A stretch of DNA of 64,000 nt from the human T2T-CHM13v2.0 reference genome, Homo sapiens, in contig CP068257.2 in the NCBI GenBank assembly GCA_009914755.4, positions 8,096,001 through 8,160,000 on the forward strand, given 5' to 3'. Under the pieces are notes generated by a model. The model had not been told where the DNA came from, ran no database searches, and saw nothing but the letters and a program-made list of their open reading frames with translations. Positions 13,331 through 26,927 of this stretch are shown here, piece after piece. Position 1 is the stretch's first letter; each line of letters begins with the position of its first letter. A program made the position numbers and the translations under genes.

Positions 13331-13960
13331 TTTCACCATTCCATTCCATTGTATTCCATTCCACTTCACTCCACTCCACTCCGATCAATTCCATTCCTTC
13401 CCATTCCATTCCATTCCATGCCACTCCACTCCACTCCATTGAAGTCCATTCCACCCCTTTGCTTTCCACTGCATTCCACTACCCTCCACTCCACTTCATC
13501 ACATTCCATTCGATTTCATTCTACACCATTCGAATCTTTCAATTTCATTCCATTCGATTCCATTAGATTCCATTTTTTCCATTCGATACCATTCGATTCC
13601 ATTCGACTCCATTCCATTGCATTCGATTCAATTTGATTCGAGTTGTTTCGATTCAATTAGATTCCATTTGATTCCATTTGTTTCCATTCCATTACATTCC
13701 ATTACATTCCACTCCATTCCATTACTTTCTGCTCCATTCCATTCCACTCCACTCAAATCCTTTCCACTCCACTCCATTCCATTCCATTCGACTCCACTCC
13801 ATTTCACTCCATTATATTTCATTCCATTCCATTCCACTCCACTCCACTCGATTCCATTCCACTCCATTCCACTCCAATCCACTCCACTCCACTCCATTCC
13901 ATTACATTCCATTCTAAATCCATTCCATTCCATTCCATTCTGAATCCATTCCATTCTCTT

Positions 13961-14032
13961 CCTTTCTTTCTACAGGATCTCACTGTGTAACCCAGGCTGG
14001 AGTGCAGTGCATAATCTCAGCTCACATTTCAT
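13961..14032 (-). mobile_element. Alu 3-prime fragment copy 21
   Basis: cctttctttctacaggatctcactgtgtaacccaggctggagtgcagtgcataatctcagctcac. Confidence 0.8.
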
Positions 14033-15223
14033 TTCACCATTCCATTCGATTCCATTCCATTGCATTCCATTCCACTCCACTCCACTCCACTCCGCTCCAC
14101 TCTGTTCAATTCCATTCCTTCCCATTCCATTCCATTCCAATCCATTCCACTCCTCTCCACTCCATTCAATTCCATTCCACCCCATTCCATTCCACTCCAT
14201 TCCAAGAAACTCCACTCCATTTCACCGCATTCCATTAGATTCCATTCAATGCCACTCGATTCCATTTGATTCAATTCCATTCGATTCCTTTCAATTTCAT
14301 TTTTTTGCATTCGATTCAATTCAATTTCTTTTGATTCAATTCAAATCCTTTCGATTCCATATGATTCGATTTGATTTGAGTCGATTTGATTCAAAACCAT
14401 TTGATTCCATTCTTTTCCATTCTATTCCATTCGATTCCATTTGACTCCATTCCATTCGATTCTGTTCCATTCCATTCCACTCCATTCCATTCCATTCCAT
14501 TTGATTAAATTCCATTCCATTCCATTCCATTCAATTCCATTCCACTCCACTCAATCCTACTCCACTCTAATCATTCCCATTCCTTCCCATTCCATTCCAC
14601 TCCCCTCACTTCCACTCCAGTCTACTCCACTCCGTTCAATTCCATTCCCCTCCATTACATTCCAATCCATTCTGCTCCACTCCTCTCCGTTTCACCACAT
14701 TACATTTGATTCACTTCAATGCCATTCGATTCCATTTGATTCGAATCCATTCGATTCCATTGAATTCCGATCTATTCCATTTGATTTGATTCGATTCATT
14801 TGGAGTCGATTCAATTCGAGTCGAGTCGATTTGATTCGATTCCATTCCATTCTACTCCATTCCATTCCATTCCATTCCACTCCATTCTTTTCCACTCCAC
14901 TCCATTCCATTCCACTCCACTACATTCCATTCCTCTCCATTCCACTGCTTTCCACTCCATTACATTCCACCCCATTCCATTCCACTCCACTCCACTCCGT
15001 TTCACTCCACTCCATTCCATTCAACTCCATTCCACTGCTTTCCACTCCATTACACTCCACTACATTCCATTCCATTCCACTTCACTCAATTCCACTCCAT
15101 TCCATTCCACACAATTCCACTTCACTCTACTCCACTCCAATCCACTGCACTCCACTTCATTCCATTCAATTCCATTTTAAATCCAATCCAATAATTTCCA
15201 TTCTAAGTCCATTCCATTCCCTT

Positions 15224-15292
15224 CCTTTCTTTCGACAGGATCTCACTCTGTCACCCAGGCTGGAGTGTAGTGCACAATCTCAAATAACATTT
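15224..15292 (-). mobile_element. Alu 3-prime fragment copy 22 (last, about 180 bp before the A-to-B junction)
   Basis: cctttctttcgacaggatctcactctgtcacccaggctggagtgtagtgcacaatctcaaataac. Confidence 0.8.
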
Positions 15293-15469
15293 TATTTCAC
15301 CATTCCATTGCATTCCATTCTATTGCATTCCATTCCACTCCACTCCACTCCGTTCAATTCCACTCCTTCCCATTCCATTCCACTCCAGTACATTCCACTC
15401 CACTCCATTCAATTCCATTCCACCCCAGACCGTTCCACTGCACTCCACGCCACTCCTTTCCAGTTCACT

Positions 15470-17440
15470 GTATACCATTTGATTAAATTTGATGTCATTT
15501 GGTTCCATTCCATTTAACTCTATTCCATTCCACACGATTCCATTTGATTCCAGTCCATTCATTTCCCTTCCCTTGCATTCCATTCCATTCCAATCCATTC
15601 CATTCCATTCTATTCCATTCCATTTCAATCCATTAAATTCCATTCCCTTCCATTCCTTTCCATTACATTCCATTCCTCTCCATTCCATTTCATTCTTTTA
15701 CATTCCATTCGGGTTTATTCCATTCCATTCCATTCGAATCCATTCCATTGCACTCGCGTTGATTCAATTCCATTGCTTTCCATTCGAGTCCATTCCATTT
15801 CATTCGAGTCCATTCCATTCCATTCAAGGCCACTTCATTCCATTCCATTCCTTTCCATTCCATTCTTTTCGGGTCCATTCAATTCAAATGCATTCCATTC
15901 CATTCCATTCCATTCCATTCCATTCCATTCCATTCCATTCCTTTCCAAAATTCGAGTCCATTCCAATCCATTCCATTACACTCGAGTCATTTCCATTCCA
16001 TTTGCGTCCATTCAATTCCATTCCATTCCTTTCCATTCCATTCATTTCCATTCCATTCCATTTCATTACAGTCCATTCCATTCCATTCCATTCGTGTCCA
16101 TTCCATTCCATTGCATTCCATTCCATTCGATTCCATTCCTTTCCATTCAATTCCAATCGTGTCCATTCTATTCCAATCCACTTCAGTTCATTCCATTCCA
16201 TTCCATTCCATTTGAGTCCATTCCATTCCATTCGAGTCCATTCCATTCCATTTCATTCGAGTCCCTTCCATTCCATTCCATTCCATTCTATTCCTGTTGA
16301 GTGCATTCCATTGCATTGCCTTCCATTCGAGTGCATTCCGTTCCATTCGACTCCATTCCATTCCATTCCAATACATTCCATTCCATTCTATTCCATTCCA
16401 TTTCAATCCATCCCATTCCATTCCATTCCATTCCATTCCATTCCATTCCTTTCCATTCCATTCCATTCTGTTCCATTCCATTCCATTGCATTCCATTCCT
16501 TTCCATTCCATTCCATTCTGTTCCATTCCATTCTGGTCAATTCCTTTCCATTCCATTCCATTCCATTCCTCTCCATTCCATTCTGTTCCATTCCATTCGG
16601 GTCCATTCCATTCCGTTCCATTCCATTGCACTCAAGTTGATTCCAATCCATTCCATTCCATTAGAGTCCATTCCATTTCATTTGAGTCCATTCCTCTCCA
16701 TTCCATTCCATTCGAGGCCACTTCATTCCATTCCATTCCATTCCATTCTTTTCGGGTCCATTCAATTCAATTGTTTTCTATTCCATTCCATTCCATTCCA
16801 TTTCATTCCATTCCATTCGAGTCCATTTCATTCCATTCCTCTCCATTCCATTCCATTCTGTTCCATTCCACTCGGGTCCATTCCATTCCATTCCATTCGA
16901 ATCCATTCCATTACATTCCATTCCATTCCACTCGAGTTGATTCCATTCCATTCCATTCGAGTTCATTCAATTTCATTTGAGTCCATTCCATTCCATTCCA
17001 TTCGAGGCCACTTTATTCCATTCCATTCCATTCCATTCCATTCCATTCCATTCCATTCCATTCCATAATTTGAGTCCATTCAATTCCATTCCATTACACT
17101 CGAGGCTTTTCCATTCCATTCAAGTCCATTCAATTCGATTCTATTCCTTTCTATTTCATTCAATTCCATTCCATTCGACTGCATTCCATTTGGTTCCATT
17201 CAATTAGAGTCCATTCCATTCGTGTCCATTCCATTCCATTCCATTCAATTGCAATCCATTTGTTTCCATTTTGTTCCAGTCCTTTCCATTCGAGTCCATT
17301 CCATTCCAGTCCATTCCATTTGATTTCATTCCATTCAAATCCATTCCATTGGATTCGATTCCACTCGATTCCAGTCCGTTCCATTTTCTTACATTCCATT
17401 CTATTCCATTCCATTGCATTCCATTCCATTCCATTTGATT
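15470..17440 (+). repeat. Domain B1, a diverged SatIII-like satellite rich in ccattcgagtcc / cgaggccacttcattcc, with ~0.885 kb period and no Alu fragment or 210-bp module
   Basis: cgaggccacttcattcc at ~15,822 and 16,712 with a partial at 17,003. ttcttttcgggtccattcaattcaa at ~15,863 and 16,748. Confidence 0.7.
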
Positions 17441-17470
17441 ACATTCCATTTGATTCCATTCTACTCAAAT

Positions 17471-17695
17471 CAATTACATTGCAATCCATTACATTTGAGT
17501 CCTTTCTATTCCAGTCCATTCCATTCCTGTCCATTCCATTCGATTCCATTCCATTCGACTCCATTCCATACTGTTGCATTCCTTTCGATTCCATTCTGTT
17601 CGAATAAATTGCATTCGAGAACATTCCTTTCGAGTCCATTCTATTTGAGTCCATTACATTCAAGTCCATTACATTTGAGTCCATTCCATTCCATT
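17471..17695 (+). repeat. 210-bp marker module copy 1
   Basis: caattacattgcaatccattacatttgagtcc ... cgaataaattgcattcgagaacattcctttcgagtcc ... cattacatttgagtcc. Confidence 0.7.
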
Positions 17696-18298
17696 CCATT
17701 CGATGCCATGCCATTCGATTCTCTTCCATTCAAATACAATCGATTAGAGTCCATTCCATTCCATTCCACTCCATTCATTGCCAATCCATTCAATTCTATT
17801 GAATTCGAATCCATTCCATTCCATTGTGTTCCATCCGATTCCATTCCATTCTTCCTTTCCATTCCATTCCATTTCATTCGTTTCCATTCAATTTGTCTGC
17901 ATTCCACTCCAGTCCATACCGTTCGAGTCTATTCCATTCCAGTCCATTCCATTCGAGTCCATTCCACTCGATATCATTCCATTATGCTACATTCCATTCT
18001 CTTCTTTTCGATTCCATTCAATTCCATTCCATTCGATTCCATTCCATTCAATTCCATTGCTTTCGACTCCATTCCATTCGAGTGCATTCCATTCCATTCC
18101 ATTACATTCTGTTCTTTTCGATTCCAATCCGTTCCATTCCATTTTGTTCCTGTCCATTCCCTTCGAGTCCATTCCATTTCAGTCCATTCCACTCGATTCC
18201 ACTCCATTCCATTCTATTACATTGCATTCTATTCCATTCCATTGCATTCCATTCCATTCCATTTGATTACATTCCATTTGATTCCATTACATTTAATT

Positions 18299-18490
18299 CA
18301 ATTACATTGCAATCCATTTCATTCCAGTCCATTCCATTCCTGTCCATTCCATTCAATTCCATTACATACTATTGCATTCCATTTGATTAAATTCTATTCA
18401 AATAAATTCCATTCGAGACCATTCCTTTGGAATCCATTCTATTTGAGTCCATTCCATACGAGTCCATTATATTTGGGTCCATTCCATTCC
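18299..18490 (+). repeat. 210-bp module copy 2
   Basis: caattacattgcaatcc ... atactattgcattcc ... aataaattccattcgagaccattcc ... attatatttgggtccattccattcc. Confidence 0.7.
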
Positions 18491-19678
18491 ATTCCCTTCC
18501 ATTCCTTTCCATTCTATTCTGTTCCATTCGAGTCCATTCCTTTCTAGTCCATACCACTCCATTCCATTCGAGTCCATTCCTTTTGAGTCCATTCCATTCC
18601 AGTCCAATCCATTCGAGTCCATTCCTTTCGAGTCCATTCCATTCCAATCCATTCTATTCGAGTCCATTTTATTCCATTCCATTCCATTTGATATCTTTCC
18701 ATTACAATCCATTCCATTCTATTCCTTTCAATTCTATTCAATTCCATTCCATTCGATTCCATTCCATTCAATTCCGTTCCTTTGGAATCCATTCCATTCG
18801 AGTCCATTCCATTCCATTCCATTCAAAACCTTTCCATTACACACCATTGCATTCTATTCCTTTGTATTTTATTCAATTCCATTCCATTCGATTTGATTCC
18901 ATTTGGTTCCATTCAATTAGATTCCATTCCATTCAAGTCCATTCCCTTCCATTCCGTTCCATTCGATTGCAATCCGTTCGTTTCCATTTTGTTCCAGTCC
19001 ATTCCATTTGAGTCCATTCCATTCCAGTCCATTCCATTACATTCCATTCCATTCGATGCCATGCCATGCGATTCTATTCCATTCGAATACAATCCACTAG
19101 ATTCCATTCCATTCCATTCCATTCCATTCCATTCCATTCCTCTCCATTCATTGCCAATCCATTCAATTCTACTGAATTCGAATCCATTCCATTCCATTGT
19201 GTTCCATCTGATTCCATTCCATCCTACTCCTTTCCAATCCATTCCATTCCATTCGTTTCCATTCAATTTGACTGCATTCCACTCCAGTTCATACCATTCG
19301 AGTCTATTCCATTCCATCCCATTCGAGCCCATTCCATTCCATTCCATTCCATTCCATTCCATTCGATACCTTTCCATTACGCTCCATTCCATTCTCTTCT
19401 TTTCGATTCCATTCAATTCCGTTCCATTCGATTCCATTCATTTCAACTCCATTCCATTCGAGTGCATTCCATTCCATACCATTACATTCCGTTCCGTTCG
19501 ATTCCAATCCATTTCATCCCATTTTGTTCCAGTCCATTCCATTCGAGTCCATTGCATTCCAGTCCATTCCAGTCCATTCCACTCCATTCCATTCTATTAC
19601 ATTGCATTCTATTCCATTCCATTGCATTCCATTCCATTCCATTTGATTACATTCCATTCTATTCCTTTACTTTCAAAT

Positions 19679-19900
19679 CAATTACATTGCAATCCATTAC
19701 TTTCAAGTCAGTCCTATTCCAGTCCATTCCATTCCTGTCCCTTCCATTCGATTCTATTCCATTTGATTCCATTACATACTATTGCATTCCATTTGATTAA
19801 ATTGCATACGAATAAATTCCATTCAAGACCAATCCTTTTGCATCCATTCTATTTGGGTCCATTCCATACGAGTCCATTACATTTGGGTCTATTCCATTCC
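19679..19900 (+). repeat. 210-bp module copy 3
   Basis: Same landmark succession as copy 2. Confidence 0.7.
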
Positions 19901-20208
19901 ATTCCATTCCATTCGAGTCTATTCCTTTAGAGTCCATTCCATTCCATTCGAGTCCATTCCATTCTATTCTATTCCACTCAATTCCATTCCATTCGATTCC
20001 ATTCCATTTGATTCCATTCCACTCGATTCCACTCTGTTCCATTCCATTGCATTCCATTCCACTCCATTCCATTGCATTCCATTCCACTTCATTCCATTTT
20101 ATTCCATTCCATTCCATTGCATTCCATTCCACTCCATTCCATTTCATTCCATTCCATTCCATTTGCTTACGTTCCATTCGATTCCTTTCCATTCAAATCA
20201 ATTATATT

Positions 20209-20420
20209 GCAATCCATGACATTCGAGTCCATTCTATTCCAGTCCATATCATTCCAGTCCATTCCATTCGATTCTATTCAATCGATTCCATTCCATACTA
20301 TTGCATTCTATTCAATTCCATTCTATTTGAATAAATTCCATTCGTGACCATTCCTTTCAAGTCCATTCTATTTGAGTCCATTCCATTGGAGTCCATTAAA
20401 TTTGGGTCCATTCCATTCCA
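20209..20420 (+). repeat. 210-bp module copy 4
   Basis: caattatattgcaatcc ... aataaattccattcgtgaccattcc ... aaatttgggtccattccattcc. Confidence 0.7.
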
Positions 20421-21187
20421 TTCCATTCCATTCCATTCGATGTCATTCTGTTAGTTTCTATACCATTCGAGTCCATTCCACTCCATTGCATTCCATTCCA
20501 TTCCATTGCATTCCATTCCATTCCATTCCATTCGATGCCATTCTGTTAGTTTCTATACCATTCGAGTCCATTCCACTCAATTGCATTCCATTCCATTCCA
20601 TTCCATTCGATGAAATTCCATTCGACTCTATTCTGTTTGACTCCACTCCATTCAATTCCATTCAATCCGACTCCATTCCATTCTATTCCCTTCTGATCCA
20701 CTCCATTGCATTCCATTCGTTTCAATTCCCTTCGAGTCCATTCAACACCAGTCCATTCCATTCAAATGCATTCCTTTCCAGTCCATTCCATTCGAGTCCA
20801 TTCAATTCCATTCCACTCCATTCCATTTGATATCTTTCCATTACACTCCATTCCATTCTATTCCTTTTGATTCAGTTCATTTCCATTCTATTAGATTCAA
20901 TTCCATTCGATTCCATTCCATTCGACTCCATTCCATTCTTGTCCATTCCATTGCTTTCTGTTCGATTCCAGTCAGTTCGATTCCATTTTGTACCAGTCCA
21001 TTCCATTCGAATCCATTCCATTCCAGTCCATTCCTATCGATACCATTCCATTCGATTCCATTCCATTTGATTCCATTCCACTCGATTACACTCCATTCCA
21101 CTCCATTGTATTCCAATCTATTCCATTCCTTTTCATTCCTTACCATTCCATTTTATTACATTCCATTAGATTGCATTCGTTTCGAAT

Positions 21188-21405
21188 CAATTACATTGCA
21201 GTCCATTACATTCGAGTCCGTTCTATTCCAGTCCATTCCATTCCGGTCCATTCCGTTTGATTCCTTTCCATCCGATTCCATTCCATACTATTGCATTCCA
21301 TTCGATTAGAGTCTATTCAAATAAAGTCTATTCGAGAAAATTCCTTTTAAGTTCATTCTATTTCACTCCATTCCATTTGAGTTCATTACATTTGGAATCT
21401 TCCAT
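21188..21405 (+). repeat. 210-bp module copy 5
   Basis: caattacattgcagtccattacattcgagtccgttctattccagtcc ... aataaagtctattcgagaaaattcc ... cattacatttggaatc. Confidence 0.7.
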
Positions 21406-22600
21406 TCCATTCGATACCATTCCATTCCATTCTTTTCCATTTGAGTCCATTCCATTCAGGTCCATTCCATTCCATTCACTTCCATTCCATTCCATTCCAT
21501 GACATTCCATTCGATTCTATTCCTTTCAACTCCATTCCATTCCATTCCGTTCCATCCGATTCCGTTCCATTGTATTCCATTCCAATCCATTCCATTCCAT
21601 TCCATGCCATTCCATTCCATTCCATTCCATTTGATTCCACTCCATTCCATTTTATTGCATTTCATTCTATTCCATTGCCATTCCATTCAATTCTACTCCA
21701 TGTGAGTCCATTCCATTCGAGTCCATTGCATTCCATTCCATTCGATTGCATTCCATATAATTCTGTTCCTTTCGACTCCATTCCAATCCGTTCTCTTCCT
21801 TCTGATTCCATTCCATTCTTTTCCTTTCCATTCCAATCAATTCCGTTCTATTCGTTTCCTTTCCGTTCGAGACCATTTTCCTGCAGAGCATTCCATTCCA
21901 GTCCATTCCATTCGAGTCCATTCCTTTCCATTCCATTCCATTCTATATCTTGCCATTACACTCCCTTCCGTTCCATTCCATTTGATGTCATTCCATTCTA
22001 TTCTATTCCATTTGAGTTCATTCCTTTCGAGTCCATTCCATTCCACTCCGTTTGATGCCACTCCTTTTAACTCCTCTCCATTCGTCTCCATTCCATTCCA
22101 TTTAGTTCCATCCGATTCCATTCCATTCTATTCCTTTCCATTCCATTCTTTTCCCTTCCATTCGAGTCCATTCCACTGCAGTCCATTTCTTTCGAGTCCA
22201 TTCCATTCCATTCTATTCCATTCGTGTCCATTCCATTGCATTCGATATCTTTCCGTTAAACTCCATTAAATTCTATCCTTTCGATTCCATTCAATTCCAT
22301 TCCATTTGATTCCATTCCATTGAATTCCCTTCCATTCGACTGCATTCCATTGGAGGCCAGTGCATTCCATTACACTTGATTCCATTCCGTTCGATTCCAT
22401 TTTTTTCCAGTCCATTCCTTTCAAGTCCATTCCATTCCAGTCTATTCCAATCGATTCCAAGCCTTTCGATTCCATTCCATTCGATTCCATTCCACTCGAT
22501 TTCACTCCATTCCATTCCATTGCATTCCATTCTATACCATTCCTTTGCATTCCATTCCATTCCATTTGATTACGTTCCATTCAATTCCATTCCATTCGAA

Positions 22601-22813
22601 TCAATTATATTGTAATGCAAGGTATTCAAGTCTGTTTTATTCCAGTCCATTCCATTACGGTCCATTCCATTCGATTCCATTCCATATTATTGCAATCCAT
22701 TCGATTCCATTCTATTCGAATAAATTCCATTCGAAACCATTCCTTTCGAGTCCATTATATTTGAGTCCATTCTATTTGAGTCCATTACATTTGGGTCCAT
22801 GCCATTCCATTCC
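22601..22813 (+). repeat. 210-bp module copy 6
   Basis: caattatattgtaatgc ... aataaattccattcgaaaccattcc ... cattacatttgggtccatgccattcc. Confidence 0.7.
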
Positions 22814-23554
22814 ATTCCTTTCAATGCCATACAATTCGATTCTATTCCATTCGAGGACATTGCATTCGAGTCCAATTAATTTCAATCCATTCTATTCCAT
22901 TCCATTCCATTCGATGCCATTCCAATTGATTGTATGCCATTCGACTCCATTCCATTGCATTCCATTCCATTCGATGCTGTTCCAATTGATTGTATTCCAT
23001 TCGACTCCAATCCATTCCATTCCATCAGATTCTATTCCATTCTATTCTTTTCTGTTCCATTCCATACCATGCCATTCGTTTCCATTACATTCGAGTCCAT
23101 TCCACTCCAGGCCATTACATTCGAGTCCATTCCATTCCAGTCCATTCCATCCGAGTCCATTCCATTCCATTCCATTCAATATCTTTCCATTAAACTCCAT
23201 TGCATTCTATTCATTTTGATTCCATTCAATTCCATTCCATTCGTTTCCTTTGCTTTTGATTCCATTCCATTTTACTCCATTGCATTCGAGTCCATTCCAT
23301 TCCATTCCATTCCACTCCATTCCACTCCATTCCATTCAGTTCCATTCTATTCCAATCCGTTTGATTCCATTTCTTCCAGTCCATTCCATTCGTGTCCATT
23401 CTATTCCAGTCCATTCGATTCAATTCCATTCCATTTGATTCCATTCCACTCGATTGCACTCTGTTCCATTCCATTGCATTCCATTCCATTCCATTAAATT
23501 GCAAACCGTTCCATTCCATTTGGTTACATTCCATTCGATTCAATTCCATTTGAA

Positions 23555-23775
23555 TCATTTGCTTTGCAATCCATTACATTCGAGTCTGTTCTATTCCAGT
23601 CCATTCCATTCCGGTCCATTCCATTCGATTACATTCCTTTCGATTTCATTACCTACTATTGCATTCCATTCGATTCCATTCTATTTTAATAAATTCAATT
23701 CGAGTCCATTCCTTTCAAGTCCATTCTATTTGAGTCCATTCCAGTCAAGTCCATTACATTTGGGTAAATTCCATT
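23555..23775 (+). repeat. 210-bp module copy 7
   Basis: tgctttgcaatccattacattcgagtctgttctattccagtcc ... cattacatttgggtaaattcc. Confidence 0.7.
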
Positions 23776-25155
23776 GCATTACATTGCATTCCATTCAAAG
23801 CCATTCCATTTGATTCTATCCCATTCGAGTCCACTCCATTCGAGTCCTTTCCATTCCATTCCATTCCATTCCATTCCATTCCATTCCATTCCATTCAATG
23901 TCATTCTATTCGATTCTATTCCATTCAACTCCATTCCATTCCATTCAGTTCCATCCGATTAAATTTCATTGTATTCCTTTCTATTCCATTCCATTCTATT
24001 CAATTCGTTTCCTTTCCATTCGTGTCCATTCCACTCCAATCCATTCCATTCGAGTCCATTCCATTCCTGGCCATTACATTTGAGTCCATTCCATTCCATT
24101 TGACATCTTTCCATTACACTCCCTTCCATTCCTTTCCATTCGATGCCATTCAATTCTATTCAATTCCATTCGAGTCCATTCCATTTAATTCCGTTCCATT
24201 CAATGCCATTCCATTCGATTTTATTCCATTCGACTCCATTCGATTCCTTTCCATTCCATCCGATTCCTTCCATTCTTTTCCTTTAAATTCCATTCCATTA
24301 ACTCCATTCCATTCGTTTCCATTTCATTCGAGAGCACTCTGCTGTAGTCCATTCCATTCCAGTCCATTCCATTCGAGTACATTCCACTCCAGTCCATTCC
24401 ATTTGAGTCCATTCCATTCCAGTCCATTCCATTCAAGTTCATTCCATTCCATTCAATTCCATTCCATTTGACATTATTCCATTACTCTCCCTTCCATTCC
24501 ATTCCATTCCATTCCATGCCATGCCATTCCGTTCTATTGTATTCTATTCAAGTGCATTCCATTCAAGTCCATTCCATTCCATTCCATTCCATTCTCTGAT
24601 GCCATTCCATTCGATTCTATTCCGTTTGACTCCATTTCATTTCATTTCATTCCATCTGATTCCATTCCATTCTATTCCTTTCCATTCTATTCCATTCCAT
24701 TCCATTCCTTTCCATTCCTTTCGAGTCCATTCCACTCCAGTTCATTCCATTCGAGTCCACTTCATTCCATTCCATTCCATTCGAATCTATTTCATTCCAG
24801 TCCATTCTATTCGAGTCTATTCCACTCCTTTCCATTCCATTCGATATCTTTCCATTTCACTCCATTCTATTCTTTTCCTTTCGATTCCCTTCAATTCCAT
24901 ACCATTCGGTTCCATTCTATTCGACTCCATTCCATTGACGTCCATTCTTTTCCATTCTATTCCATTCCAATCCATTTGATTCTGATCCGTTCGATTCCAT
25001 TTTGTTCCAGTCCATTCCAATCGAGACCATTGAATTCCAGTCCATTGCATTCGATTCCATTCCATTCCATTCCATTCCACTCCGTTCCATTCCATTTCAT
25101 TCCATTCTATTCCATTCCATTTGTTTACATTCCATTTGATTCCATTCCTTTCGAA

Positions 25156-25363
25156 TCAAATACATTGCAATCCATTACATTCGAGTACTTTCTATTCCAG
25201 TCCATTCCATTCCGGTAGATTCCATTCGATTCCATTCCATACTATTGCTTTCCATTCGATTCCATTCTATTTGAATAAATTCCATTTGAGACCATTCCTT
25301 TCGAGCCCATTCTATTTGAGTCGATTCCATTCGAGTCCATTACATTTGGGTCCATTCCATTCC
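25156..25363 (+). repeat. 210-bp module copy 8
   Basis: caaatacattgcaatccattacattcgagtac ... aataaattccatttgagaccattcc ... cattacatttgggtccattccattcc. Confidence 0.7.
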
Positions 25364-26036
25364 ATTCCATTCCATTCCATTCCATTCCATTCCACTCGAT
25401 ACCATTCCATTCGATTCTATTCCATTCGAGTCCATTGCATTCGATTCTGTTTCATTTCATTCCATTCCATTTCATTCCATTCCATTCGATGCCATTCCAT
25501 TTGATTCTATACCATTCAACACCATTCCATTCCATTCCATCCGATTCCACTCCTTTCTATTCTTTTCCATTCCATTCCATTCGTTTCCATTCCATTCGTT
25601 TCCATTCCATTCGAGTCCATTCCATTCGAGTCCATTCCATTCCAGTCAACTCCATCCGAGTCCTTTCCATTCCATTCCATTCGAAATCTTTACATTAAAC
25701 TCCATTCTCTTCTATTCATTTTGATTCTATTAAATTCCATTCCATTCAATTCCATTCCATTTGACTTTATTCCATTCGAGTCCGTTCAATTCCATTACAT
25801 TCCGTTCCACTCGATTCCAATCCGTTCTTTTCCATTTTGTTCCAGTCCAATCCATTACAGTCCATTCCATTCCAGTCCATTACATTTGATTCCATTCCAT
25901 TTGATTCCATTCAATTCGATCCCATTCCACTCGATTCCACTCTATTCCATTCTATTGCATTGCATTTTATTCCATTCCATTGCATTCCATTCCATTCCAC
26001 TTGGCTACATTCCATTGGATTCCATTCCATTCGAAT

Positions 26037-26243
26037 CAATTACATTGCAATCCGTTCCATTCAAGTCCGTTCTATTCCAGTCCATTCCAGTCCGGTCCAT
26101 TCCATTCGATTCCATTCCATACTATTGCATTCCATTTGATTCCATTCTATTCTAATAAATTCCATTCGAGACCATTCCTTTCGAGTCCTTTCTATTTGAG
26201 GCCATTCCATTCGAGTCCATTACATTTGTGGCCATTCCATTCC
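26037..26243 (+). repeat. 210-bp module copy 9
   Basis: caattacattgcaatccgttccattcaagtccgttctattccagtcc ... cattacatttgtggccattccattcc. Confidence 0.7.
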
Positions 26244-26927
26244 ATTACATTCAATTCGTTGCCATTGTATTCCATTCTATTCCATTTAAGTCCTTTCCAT
26301 TCGAGTCCATTCCATTCCATTCCATTCGATGACATTCAATTCGATTCTTTTCATTCACTTGGTTCCATTTCATTCCATTCCATCGGATTCCTTTCCATTC
26401 TTCTCCTTTCCATTCCATTCCATTCCATTCCATCGGATTCCATTCCATTCTTTTCCATTCCATTCCATTCCATTGCATTCTATTCCATTTTTTTCCATTC
26501 CATTTGAGTCCATTCCACTCCAATCCATTCCCTTCGCGTCCATTCCATTCCAATCCATTCCATCAAGTGCATTCCATTCCATTCGATATCTTTCAATTAC
26601 AATCCATTCCATTCTATTCCTTTCTATTCCGTTCATTTCCTTTCTATTACATTCCATTCGATTCCATTCCATTCGACTCCACTGAAATCAAGTCCATTCC
26701 ATTCCATTCCGTTCTGTTCGATTCAAATCTGTTCGATTCCATTTTGTTCCAGTCCATTCCATTCGAAGCCATTCCATTCCAGTCCATTCCATTCGATTCC
26801 ATTCCACTTGATTCCACTCCGTTCCATTCCATTGCATTGCATTCCATTCTATTCCATTCCATTGCATTCCATTCCATTCCATTTGATTCCATTACATTCG
26901 ATTCCATTCCATTTGAATCAATTAGAT

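Larger units (their letters stand above)
1..15470 (+). repeat. Domain A, an HSat3-like array. Irregular 0.23-1.26 kb subunits each begin with an antisense Alu 3-prime fragment. Recurrent landmarks are gttcaattccattccttcccattcc, cattgaattccattccacccc, cacttcaccgcattcc, ccataagaatccataccac and ttctaaatccattcc.
   Basis: 22 Alu-fragment copies, with landmark motifs recurring in the same order in each subunit. Confidence 0.85.

Noticed and set aside
12330-14830. cgattcc/tgattcc-rich tracts (for example 4940-5060, 6960-7100, 12330-12440, 13500-13680, 14220-14480, 14700-14830) as separate HSat2 insertions
   Set aside because: They recur at the same relative position inside each domain A subunit, after the caccgcattcc landmark, so they are a diverged part of the same repeat unit rather than a different satellite family. 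The HSat2-like appearance comes from the ATTCCATTCG motif.
190-15292. 22 independent Alu retrotransposition events or full-length Alu elements
   Set aside because: Only the terminal ~55 bp plus tail is present in every copy, always with the same satellite flanks. Co-amplification of one captured fragment is far more parsimonious. There is no left monomer, A-rich linker or A/B box.
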